A program made the position numbers and the translations under genes. This document shows positions 38,383 through 46,364 of a stretch of 64,000 bases of DNA, one piece after another (position 1 is the first letter of the stretch; each line of letters begins with the position of its first letter). The stretch is from an uncultured Candidatus Saccharibacteria bacterium. Lineage in GTDB: Bacteria > Patescibacteriota > UBA1384 > XYA2-FULL-43-10 > 1-14-0-10-43-13. The stretch covers positions 17,192 through 81,191 of the forward strand of contig CAZGWE010000003.1 in the NCBI GenBank assembly GCA_964529405.1, read 5' to 3'. The notes under the pieces are model-generated. The model had not been told where the DNA came from. It searched no databases and was given only the letters and a program-made list of their open reading frames with translations.

Positions 38383-38652
38383 ATGCTAAATATGACCAGC
38401 AGAGAAAGCGAAGAGACAACCAAAAAAGATAACGCCCGATGGCTGGTCAAGGTTGACCAGGAGTTGTGCGCCGGATGCGGAACTTGCACTTATTATGCCA
38501 AAAAAATCTTCGGCCTCAGCGACGACGGAGTAGCGACAGTTAAAAAAAACACCCAGGCAAACGACTTGCAAGCAGTCATTAAAGCAGCCGAGAACTGTCC
38601 CAACGGCGCTATCATCATCGAGGATACCCAAACCGGTAAGAGCTATTCATAA
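38383..38652 (+). CDS. Monocluster ferredoxin
   Basis: VDQELCAGCGTC...AAENCPNGAI. Confidence 0.88.
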   Translation: MLNMTSRESEETTKKDNARWLVKVDQELCAGCGTCTYYAKKIFGLSDDGVATVKKNTQANDLQAVIKAAENCPNGAIIIEDTQTGKSYS

Positions 38653-38680
38653 AGCATAAAGCAAAAGATAGCTACCAAAC

Positions 38681-38719
38681 AAAAGAATAGCCCTGCCAAA
38701 CGGCGGGCTATTCTTTTTT
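38681..38719. terminator. Bidirectional intrinsic terminator
   Basis: AAAAGAATAGCCC..GGGCTATTCTTTTTT between convergent genes. Confidence 0.85.
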
Positions 38720-38740
38720 AATTTTTGTTTTGTTGAAGAG

Positions 38741-39388
38741 TTACTCCTCGTACAGTTTTTCAACCTGTGGCCAGTTGACCACATTCCAGAAATTCTTGAT
38801 ATATTCGGCTCTGCGGTTTTGATATTTTAGGTAGTAGGCGTGCTCCCAAACGTCAATCAATAGTAACGGCGTGTCTCCTTGCGAAAGCGGACTATCCTGG
38901 TTGGGCAGAGAGTAAACTTTGAGTTTTCCATTTCTATCCTTAACAAACCAGGCCCAACCGCTACCAAAGTGATCGACGGCTTTTTGGCTCATCTCTTCCT
39001 TAAACTGGTCAAACCCGCCAAATGTTTCGCGGATCGCTTCTAAAAGTTTTCCGCCCGGTTCTCCCCCGCCGGTGCTTCCTTTTACTGTTGTCATGATCGG
39101 CCAAAACACGGAGTGGTTTAGATGTCCTCCGCCCTGGTTCTTTACAGAATCACGGATATCTTCCGGAACCTGCCGAAGGTCCTTCAACAGTTCCTCGACC
39201 GGTTTTTTATAAAGCTCAGGATATTTTTCCAAGGCGGCATTCAGTTTATCAACGTAAGCCTTGTGATGCTTATCATGGTGAACCCTCATCGTTTCTTCGT
39301 CGATATAGGGTAATAGTGCATCATAAGGATAGGGCAAATCTGGTAGCTTGTGTTCGTTCCGCTTTGCAGCGGAGTCGATTTGATTCAT
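38741..39388 (-). CDS. sodA: Fe/Mn superoxide dismutase (Mn-type signature)
   Basis: HHDKHH, GGGHLNH, FGSGWAW, NQD, DVWEHAYY. Confidence 0.93.
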   Translation of the reverse strand: MNQIDSAAKRNEHKLPDLPYPYDALLPYIDEETMRVHHDKHHKAYVDKLNAALEKYPELYKKPVEELLKDLRQVPEDIRDSVKNQGGGHLNHSVFWPIMTTVKGSTGGGEPGGKLLEAIRETFGGFDQFKEEMSQKAVDHFGSGWAWFVKDRNGKLKVYSLPNQDSPLSQGDTPLLLIDVWEHAYYLKYQNRRAEYIKNFWNVVNWPQVEKLYEE

Positions 39389-39524
39389 ACATCCTCCTCT
39401 CCTCCTTGGTTAATTTAAGGTTTGCGCCTTAGATATCCTGCAGCTTAACAAAGGCAATCGGTTGCCAATCATGCAGTTTTCGACTTAGCATTTATCAGTG
39501 ATCGAGATTCAATCACTGATAGAG

Positions 39525-40136
39525 CTAGATTTTCCCGACCAAATCCATTCCCGTCTTCAAAGCGTCCTCTCCCGGATGCCAGTTGGCCGGACAGGCTTCC
39601 GCGCCGCCGTGCTCCCGCACAAATTTGGCCGCTTGGAGCTTGCGCAATAATTCTGAGGTATTCCGGCCAATGTTGTTGTCATTGACTTCATAAGACCGGA
39701 TAATGCCCTCCGGGTCAACAATAAAGCTACCACGCAAATCAATGCCCTCACCATCAAGATAAACGCCCAATTTTCTGGATAACGCGGCAGCAGGATCGGC
39801 AACCATGGGAAATTCAATTTTTTTAATTGCCGGAGAAGCGTCATGCCAGGCTTTATGAACATAAACCGTATCGGTACTGATGCTCAAAATCTCTGCTCCC
39901 TCTTTTTTAAATTTGTCGTAGTGCGCGGCTGCGTCTGTAAGTTCCGTTGGGCAAACAAAAGTGAAATCGGCGGGATAAAAAACTAAAACCAGCCATTTGC
40001 CCTTATAACTGGAAAGTTTGATCCTTCGTTGCTTCCCGGCCTGATAGGCCTCCAATTCGATGTCGGGAATTTTTTTACCGACCAGCGGAACCGGCTGTTC
40101 GTTAAATTCCTCAAAGCCGTAATCCTCTTCTGCCAT
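39525..40136 (-). CDS. ahpC: 2-Cys peroxiredoxin
   Basis: FYPADFTFVCPTE and EACPANW; start at 40136 with GGGAGG RBS. Confidence 0.93.
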   Translation of the reverse strand: MAEEDYGFEEFNEQPVPLVGKKIPDIELEAYQAGKQRRIKLSSYKGKWLVLVFYPADFTFVCPTELTDAAAHYDKFKKEGAEILSISTDTVYVHKAWHDASPAIKKIEFPMVADPAAALSRKLGVYLDGEGIDLRGSFIVDPEGIIRSYEVNDNNIGRNTSELLRKLQAAKFVREHGGAEACPANWHPGEDALKTGMDLVGKI

Positions 40137-40236
40137 CGTGACCTCCCGTTTCATTTTAGAAAGAAATGTTTCAAGCGTACTTATTTATTTCACCTACAAA
40201 TTAACACTTTTAATATTAATAAACATTGTGATTTTT

Positions 40237-40455
40237 TTAATGGGCAAAAACCATCTCTGCGTCTGCAAAGCCGCTTAAAAGTTCAAACTCGGCCCGATCG
40301 GTGCCGCACACGGGACACGACCAGCCTTTATGAATTCCGTCAAAGGGAGTACCGGGAAAAACAAAGTTTTTAGGGTCCCCGTCCCTTGGATCATAAATAT
40401 AACCGCAAGGCCCGCAAATATACTCGGGAAAACCCGCTCGCTTTAAAACTTCCAT
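40237..40455 (-). CDS. Rubredoxin
   Basis: YICGPCGYIYDP...WSCPVCG; AAAGGAG RBS before ATG 40455. Confidence 0.9.
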   Translation of the reverse strand: MEVLKRAGFPEYICGPCGYIYDPRDGDPKNFVFPGTPFDGIHKGWSCPVCGTDRAEFELLSGFADAEMVFAH

Positions 40456-40582
40456 AATCTCCTTTCTTGGGACCTGCACCCCCCGCACACATAAATTCCC
40501 GAATTTGGGCTGTGCTCCAGAAAGGCATCCAGCACCACGATTCCCCGCCCGGGGAATTTACGGCGCTTTTTCCGCAATCCTG

Positions 40583-41041
40583 TCATTGGGATTTAACGGT
40601 ACTGCCAGCTTGGGTCTTTTTGCTAATCTTTTTTTTCTTATTCTCTACGCACTTCTGGCACAAACCATAAACATTGCATTCGATCTGGTCAATCTGTCCC
40701 AGATAACCAAGCTGTTCGGCAATCGCTCCGCCAACTTGCCAGATGTCATGGACAAAAGAACAATGACGGCAAATAAAGTGGTAGTGGCATTTATTATTTC
40801 CATCAAAACGACACTTGCCTTCACCCATATTCAATTGGATAATAAAACCGTTGGCAACCAAATACTTAAGATTGCGATAGACCGTGCCCAAACTGATAGT
40901 CGGCAGGCTTTTTTTGATTTTGTCGTAAACCTCTTCTGCCGTAGGGTGGTGGTCCGCGCCGCGCAAATGTTCAAGTATTAACAAGCGCTGGCTGGTCAAA
41001 CGGTCACCTTGTGCTTTGATCTTTGCTTTTATTTTGTCCAT
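40583..41041 (-). CDS. Fur/PerR family transcriptional repressor
   Basis: LTSQR, HPTAEEVY, TVYRNL, HYHFICRHC, YGLCQKC. Confidence 0.92.
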   Translation of the reverse strand: MDKIKAKIKAQGDRLTSQRLLILEHLRGADHHPTAEEVYDKIKKSLPTISLGTVYRNLKYLVANGFIIQLNMGEGKCRFDGNNKCHYHFICRHCSFVHDIWQVGGAIAEQLGYLGQIDQIECNVYGLCQKCVENKKKKISKKTQAGSTVKSQ

Positions 41042-41162
41042 CTCGATTAACCAAATTAATGTTACCTCTCCGAACTATTAACTCCCGTCCTAATATTTAG
41101 CGCCTAACAATAACCGATGCGTAATAATAATGAATGGGTATTGATAGTCAGAAACTAATGAT

Positions 41163-41208
41163 AAGATAGCGCTATCAATAACAACTGTCAATAACCCGCT
41201 GTGGATAA
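41163..41208 (-). promoter_or_regulatory. Promoter of first perR with upstream DnaA box
   Basis: TTATCCACA (41208-41200), 8 nt, then TTGACA-17-TATCTT. Confidence 0.6.
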
Positions 41209-41266
41209 GTCATTTTTTTGGAAGAAATGGCAATATCGGGACATTCCTCGCAATCTGTCAGGCAAC

Positions 41267-41303
41267 AAAAAAACGGGGAAACCGGTATATGCCGTGCCCG
41301 TTT
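41267..41303 (-). terminator. Intrinsic terminator after rubredoxin
   Basis: AAACGGG..CGGCAT/ATACCG..CCCGTTTTTTT on the minus strand. Confidence 0.55.
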
Positions 41304-41345
41304 ATGGCTATCGAATGTAGTTATTAGACAGGCTCTAAGAGAATG

Positions 41346-41579
41346 CTATCCTTCCACTTTTGATCCCTCTAAACCGGTAGTGTTTTGATAGTACTCGTTT
41401 TCAGGCTCAAATTCTGCTTTTGTCACGCCGCACAACGGACACAACCAGTCGTCTGGAATATCCTCGAATGCTGTGCCAGCTGGAATGCCGCCCTCCGGGT
41501 CCCCCTCGGCCGGATCATAAACATAACCGCAGGGCGGACATAAATAACGCTTTGAAGTTTTGTCCTTAGATATAATCAT
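41346..41579 (-). CDS. Rubredoxin
   Basis: [37 protein letters not shown]. Confidence 0.95.
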   Translation of the reverse strand: MIISKDKTSKRYLCPPCGYVYDPAEGDPEGGIPAGTAFEDIPDDWLCPLCGVTKAEFEPENEYYQNTTGLEGSKVEG

Positions 41580-41615
41580 TCTCTCTAAAAAGTTAAGCTG
41601 ATTAATTACAGTTTA

Positions 41616-41775
41616 AAATCCTAATTGCTAATTTCTAAATCTCTTCGAGAGCCTGAGGACTCCTCAGAGCCTCGAACGGCCTAAACAGATTCTAATGTTC
41701 AAATGTCAAAACGTTTTGAGATTATTTTTTGCATTTTGATATTCTTTAGGATTTAGGATTTCGTGCTTAGGATTT
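41616..41775. repeat. Heptamer-periodic inverted-repeat element
   Basis: AAATCCTAATTGCTAATTTCTAAAT ... TTTAGGATTTAGGATTTCGTGCTTAGGATTT. Confidence 0.65.
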
Positions 41776-41814
41776 ATTGGTATTTGCAACACATGTGTTG
41801 CAAATACCAATAAA
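41773..41814. repeat. Perfect 42-bp palindrome
   Basis: TTTATTGGTATTTGCAACACA|TGTGTTGCAAATACCAATAAA. Confidence 0.95.
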
Positions 41815-42223
41815 CATAGTACTCAACCTGCTTGATTTTGCCCATACTTTTCAGATCTTTGGCAATGCGGCGGCTGGCCTGCCAGATGTCGTAAATCTTA
41901 ACGCACTCAGTGCAGATGAAGTGCCCGTGATACTGAGTGTTGGCATCATATCGGCTCTTGCCGTCATTTGCCACCACTTGGATAATAAAGCCATTATCAA
42001 CCGAATATTTTAAATTGCGATAGACGGTTGAAATATTGATTTTAGGTAAATCCTTTTTAACTGCCTCGAATATGTCCTCTGCCGTCGGATGGTTGCTAAC
42101 ACTCCGCAGATATTGAAGTATCAAGGTACGCTGTTTGGTCAAACGATTTCCGGTATTGTTGACGATCTCTTTGATATCCAAGACATCGTCTGCACACATT
42201 TCTTCCACCATATTTACCCTCAC
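41774..42223 (-). pseudogene. Second Fur/PerR paralog, C-terminal CxxC lost by a +1 frameshift
   Basis: LTKQR, HPTAEDIF, TVYRNL, HGHFICTEC; removing one T restores YVYGICNTCVANTNKS*. Confidence 0.8.
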
Positions 42224-42347
42224 TATTGCTATTAAGTTGCATTAACAATGCACCGCTTATTGCAAATTAGTGTCAATAATTAATCAGTGGATAACTTACT
42301 TACCAGACAGAACGTAAACCTGGACAGTATTTTTTTCAAAATAATGG

Positions 42348-42539
42348 TTAGTATGGAAAAGTTGTCTCTTGGCTGGAGCTTGCGCTGTCCTCGCCCCCGT
42401 TCTGATTAGCTATGGCAAAGTAGTAAATTAAAGCATAAATCAACCCGCCGATGATTACATAAAGCAGAATCCACTGCCAAAGCGGACGCTTCCCATAGCC
42501 TCGATTTTTATTGTCTTCTTCTTGATAATTTTCAGATAT
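42348..42539 (-). CDS. 63-aa single-TM protein with ATA (non-canonical or mutated) start
   Basis: AAGGAG-5nt-ATA; (M)SENYQEEDNKNRGYGKRPLWQWILLYVIIGGLIYALIYYFAIANQNGGEDSASSSQETTFPY*. Confidence 0.6.
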   Translation of the reverse strand: MSENYQEEDNKNRGYGKRPLWQWILLYVIIGGLIYALIYYFAIANQNGGEDSASSSQETTFPY

Positions 42540-42615
42540 TTGTACTCCTTTTGCCTTTTATAGCTCAAATGCAAATACAATCAAATGCCGCTAATCAATG
42601 ATTAACAGCAATTCT

Positions 42616-42705
42616 TGGCGGAGAGGGTGGGATTTGAACCCACGAGGAGCTTGCACCCCTGGCTGTTTTCAAGACAGCTGCACTAGACCGCTATGCGACC
42701 TCTCC
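42616..42705 (-). tRNA. tRNA-Ser(TGA)
   Basis: GGAGAGG acceptor, GCTGT-CTTGAAA-ACAGC anticodon arm, long variable arm, GTTCAAATC, encoded CCA. Confidence 0.96.
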
Positions 42706-42786
42706 AGATCTATCAAATTCTAACATTTTTGAGCTCATTTTACAACCTTGAAGCGCATAGTAAAACATAATATGATGGAGAAGAAA

Positions 42787-42990
42787 ATGAAGTTAACCAG
42801 CTAACAACTTGATCGATTGTCAGATATTTTAAGTAACCTTAGTTTGATTTTCTTTGCTTCGTTAGTTGTACCACTTCTCATTGATTCTGGTGATAAAATT
42901 TCGATTATTAAATTTTTGTTTGGACTACTAATTAGTATCTACTTCTGGACAATAAGCCTGATCTTTGTCAAAAGGAGTAAAAATGGATAA
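42787..42990 (+). pseudogene. Small 2-TM protein with in-frame TAA at codon 6
   Basis: MKLTS*QLDRLSDILSNLSLIFFASLVVPLLIDSGDKISIIKFLFGLLISIYFWTISLIFVKRSKNG*; promoter TTGAAG-17-TATGAT upstream. Confidence 0.6.
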
Positions 42991-43096
42991 TTTAATTCTT
43001 TTCTATTTAACCGGCGCCATCCTTTTGCTGATAACAATATTATTATTTTGGCCATATATTCACGGCCGAAGCGAAGATTCAAAAAAAAACAGATAA
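42983..43096 (+). CDS. 37-aa single-TM protein
   Basis: AAGGAG RBS; MDNLILFYLTGAILLLITILLFWPYIHGRSEDSKKNR*. Confidence 0.55.
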   Translation: MDNLILFYLTGAILLLITILLFWPYIHGRSEDSKKNR

Positions 43097-43112
43097 AAAG
43101 AAAAAGAGATAG

Positions 43113-43862
43113 ATGCCCATTCCACAGTTCAATGAAAAATTTAATTCAGAGAACTCGATAAAAGCCTTGGAGATGTTACTCAATAACAACAAAGTCTCCG
43201 ATATTTCTGAACTGCCAAAAGCACCAACAAACTGTATTTTTAGTCCTCTAACCAAGATTAGGCCAGCTATCGAAGAAAAAGTTGGGCTTAAAAGAGGTCC
43301 GGGCATTATCGAACCAATTCTAATTTCGGATAATATCGCTACCTACTGCAACTTTGTCGGTTTTGGGGCGCCAATGTGGTCTTGGATCTTTGAGCAACTA
43401 ATCGCTTATGGCATCAAAAATTTTATCTATGTTGGCGTCTTCGGCAAAGTTAATTCAAAATACGACAATGAATCGATTTACGTTGTAGAAAAAGCCTTGA
43501 GAGACGAGGGTGTCTCTTATCACTATTTGAAAGATGATGATAAGTGGTCGTACCCAAATAATGAACTAACCCAAAAACTGATCAATAATGGAGCCAAGCC
43601 AATTTCAATATGGACCACTGACTGCATGTTTAGGCAGACCTTTGCTGAAATTGATTATGCTTGCCAAAATGATATTGCCGGCTTTGAGATGGAGTGCTCC
43701 GCCCTCTTCGCTGTCGCCAAGGAAAAAGGCGTCAAAATCGCTTCTCTGCAAGTTGTCAGCGATTACTATTTGGATGACAAACACACTTCGATTTTTAACA
43801 CAGAACCATGCATTAACAATCTCAACAAAGCAATCGAATTAGCTCTCAAAGTATTGCGATAG
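43113..43862 (+). CDS. Nucleoside phosphorylase (uridine phosphorylase-like)
   Basis: GFGAP, ALRDEGVSYHY, WTTDCMFR, FEMECSALF, VVSD. Confidence 0.85.
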   Translation: MPIPQFNEKFNSENSIKALEMLLNNNKVSDISELPKAPTNCIFSPLTKIRPAIEEKVGLKRGPGIIEPILISDNIATYCNFVGFGAPMWSWIFEQLIAYGIKNFIYVGVFGKVNSKYDNESIYVVEKALRDEGVSYHYLKDDDKWSYPNNELTQKLINNGAKPISIWTTDCMFRQTFAEIDYACQNDIAGFEMECSALFAVAKEKGVKIASLQVVSDYYLDDKHTSIFNTEPCINNLNKAIELALKVLR

Positions 43863-43977
43863 TTTGGTCTCTAACTTTCGGAAGAATGTGTCGATCGACG
43901 TAAATCTCCGAAACAAAAAATATTTTTTGTCAGATTCTTTGTTTAATTTAAGATTTATAGGCTTGCCATCGCCAACA

Positions 43978-44006
43978 TTGACAGCCAGTAACCGTAGCAG
44001 TACCAT
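43978..44006 (+). promoter_or_regulatory. Promoter predicting a leaderless transcript
   Basis: TTGACA-17-TACCAT-6nt-ATG; no Shine-Dalgarno. Confidence 0.55.
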
Positions 44007-44012
44007 TGAATC

Positions 44013-44462
44013 ATGAAGAAAGAAATAACAAACAATGACATAATTGCGGCAATAGAAAAAATCGATCACAAGGTTGATCAAGTTAAGGGCGAGCTAAAAA
44101 GTGACATAATTGCGGCAACAAAAAAGACGGATGACAAAGTCGATCAGGTTAGAGGTGAGCTCAAACAGGACATCACTGATATCAAAGCGTCGCTAGCGAG
44201 TTCAACCGATACTCTCAAGTTGGACATTACCGATATTAAAAAGGGATTTACAGATCTGGCTCAAACTGCCATCAACAGTTTTACTCACATTGAAAGACGG
44301 CTTGAAAAAGTAGAAACCAACACGACATGGATGCGAAATATCTTAGAGCAAAACACCGGAACATTACTGCGCTTGGACCAAGAGCGTCTTTTTACCATCA
44401 ACCATGTCAATCGGTTGGAAAACGAAATTAAACAAATCAAAGCCCAATTAAAGATCTCTTAG
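44013..44462 (+). CDS. Coiled-coil hypothetical protein with a 22-aa tandem repeat
   Basis: DIIAA..K.D.KVDQV.GELK twice; 66-bp DNA period at 44036/44102. Confidence 0.75.
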   Translation: MKKEITNNDIIAAIEKIDHKVDQVKGELKSDIIAATKKTDDKVDQVRGELKQDITDIKASLASSTDTLKLDITDIKKGFTDLAQTAINSFTHIERRLEKVETNTTWMRNILEQNTGTLLRLDQERLFTINHVNRLENEIKQIKAQLKIS

Positions 44463-44464
44463 AG

Positions 44465-44935
44465 ATGAAACGTTTTGAAATCTATGGCTTTGCTTTTCAG
44501 AAAAGCAATATTAGTTCAATTACTCTCTATCAATTAAAGAACATTGATTGTTGCTATCTGGTTTGGGGCACGAGTTCGATCGAGACTTATCTCGATTTTT
44601 TGTTGCAGCATCAACCTGCGCATATCTTAGGGCTCGGAGCTTATACCGGCAAAGATCAAGACAAAATTCGCATCGAGCAAACTTGCACCAATAAGTTTCG
44701 TAATGGTTTTATCGAGGGTAATTCACTCGAGACCATTCAAATTAATCCCTATCTTAAATCCAATCCGACATCAAAGTTTGCCAAAGGCATCGGCAACTCT
44801 TACTGCAACTATATATCTTATCGAATCACAAAATTGATCGAGACCGGTGAACTAAAATCTCGATACACTTTCTTGCACCTGCCAAAATCTTTCAACCTGT
44901 ATCTAGCAGTTCAAAGCATTGATCAAATGATCTAG
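44465..44935 (+). CDS. Pyroglutamyl-peptidase I (C15)-like protein
   Basis: ILGLG, IRIEQ...N, GNSYCNY, FLHLP (Glu-Cys-His triad). Confidence 0.75.
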   Translation: MKRFEIYGFAFQKSNISSITLYQLKNIDCCYLVWGTSSIETYLDFLLQHQPAHILGLGAYTGKDQDKIRIEQTCTNKFRNGFIEGNSLETIQINPYLKSNPTSKFAKGIGNSYCNYISYRITKLIETGELKSRYTFLHLPKSFNLYLAVQSIDQMI

Positions 44936-44968
44936 AATTTCGTCGATCGACGAGAATCGGTGAATAAA

Positions 44969-45682
44969 TTATCCCCTAGCTACCACCACTCCCCAAACCT
45001 TCTTAGCACCCGCTTCTTTTAACACCTTGGCGCACTCGTTTAGAGTCGAAAGAGTTGTAGCCACGTCGTCAACCAATAAAATCGTTTTGCCTTCAATAGA
45101 TTCAGCATCGGCAATTCTAAAAGCATCAGTGATGTTGGTCCGGCGTTTGGTACCAGAGAGCTTGGCCTGTGGATCAGTATATCTGGTTCTCTCCAGCGCC
45201 AGACTGCCATGAAGCTCCAGTTCATTCGAAAGATAGCGAGCCAGTAATTCAGCTTGGTTAAAGCCTCTCTCCTTCTCCTTTCGGGGATGCAGCGGCACCG
45301 GCACAACCCACAACAGATCGCCCCGGGGTAGTTTGTATCTTAATCTCTGACAAATTAATTCACCCAGCATCGGCGCCAGTTCCGCTAATCCGCCATACTT
45401 GAGTTCGTGAATCATCTCCTTGGTCGGACCCTGATCATAACGGGCTGAGACGATTAATCCGTCGAGCGATAAATTAAGGCGGCGCTTGCAATTTTGGCAA
45501 AATTCACCATAGCGGTTTATTCGTCCGCACTCCGGACAGGTTGGTGTTTGGATCCTTTCGATCCGGCCGGCGCAATCAAAACAGAGATAAACTCCCTCCA
45601 AGCCGCAACCGACACAGACTTTAGGAAAAAAGATGTCGAGAAAAAGATCCTTGGTTTGTGTTAATAAAGTCTTGGATTGCAT
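44969..45682 (-). CDS. comF: Competence protein ComF (double zinc ribbon + PRTase)
   Basis: Four CxxC, VPVPLH...RGFNQAELL, LLVDDVATT. Confidence 0.93.
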   Translation of the reverse strand: MQSKTLLTQTKDLFLDIFFPKVCVGCGLEGVYLCFDCAGRIERIQTPTCPECGRINRYGEFCQNCKRRLNLSLDGLIVSARYDQGPTKEMIHELKYGGLAELAPMLGELICQRLRYKLPRGDLLWVVPVPLHPRKEKERGFNQAELLARYLSNELELHGSLALERTRYTDPQAKLSGTKRRTNITDAFRIADAESIEGKTILLVDDVATTLSTLNECAKVLKEAGAKKVWGVVVARG

Positions 45683-45708
45683 AATAATCTATTCGTTCAT
45701 CGTTTAAT

Positions 45709-45803
45709 GGTTACGAAGCCAGTATCGTCAAAAGTCTGTCGGTCACGGCCTAAGAAACCAAAAGACATAACCGCTCAACGATACCGGCTTCGTTACCGTA
45801 ACC
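45709..45803 (-). repeat. Palindromic element copy 3 (5' leader of comF)
   Basis: GGTTACGAAGCCAGTATCGTCA...CAACGATACCGGCTTCGTTACCGTAACC. Confidence 0.85.
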
Positions 45804-45830
45804 GTTTTACATTGTACTTCCAATTCTTTA

Positions 45831-45860
45831 TTGACTATTATCCAGTAATTTAACTATAAT
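45831..45860 (+). promoter_or_regulatory. sigma70-type promoter of hsp20-galU
   Basis: TTGACT-18-TATAAT. Confidence 0.6.
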
Positions 45861-45944
45861 GGATATAGTACACAAAGCATGAAGCGCAGAACAACGCGAC
45901 AGGTATCCGAATGTTTCATGTTCCATGAATATAAAGGAGGGACG

Positions 45945-46346
45945 GTGCAAGAGGGAAATTTGCACGACGACTGGCTCTCTGAGACATCAGAGGGTGAACT
46001 TGCTATAGATGTTTGCCATGATGCGCACAACATCTATATTCTTGCACCTGTCGCTGGTGTCAAGGCTTCTGATGTTGACGTTTCCATTACCGACGAAGTT
46101 GTTACTATTCGCGGCCAACGCAAACCAAACCATGACGTCCCGGAGGAAAAGCACTTCACTCAAGAGTGCTACTGGGGACTTTTTTCTCGCTCCTATGTTT
46201 TGCCCATGGCCGTTAACTCCGAGGAAGCTAAGGCAACCCTTAAGGATGGCCTATTAAAAATTGTCATTCCAAAAGATGCCAAGGTTAAAACAAAAGTTCT
46301 AGAGATCATGGAAGAAGAACCAACATCCCTAATCAAAGAAAAATAA
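45945..46346 (+). CDS. Hsp20/alpha-crystallin small heat-shock protein
   Basis: EGELAIDV, APVAGV, ECYWGLFSRS..LP, LKDGLLKI.IPK; GTG start after AAGGAGG. Confidence 0.92.
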   Translation: MQEGNLHDDWLSETSEGELAIDVCHDAHNIYILAPVAGVKASDVDVSITDEVVTIRGQRKPNHDVPEEKHFTQECYWGLFSRSYVLPMAVNSEEAKATLKDGLLKIVIPKDAKVKTKVLEIMEEEPTSLIKEK

Positions 46347-46364
46347 TTGTTATGGAATTTTGCA

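Noticed and set aside
42616-42705. tRNA-Ser as a prophage/island attachment site
   Set aside because: No integrase and no duplicated tRNA 3' end visible in the window.
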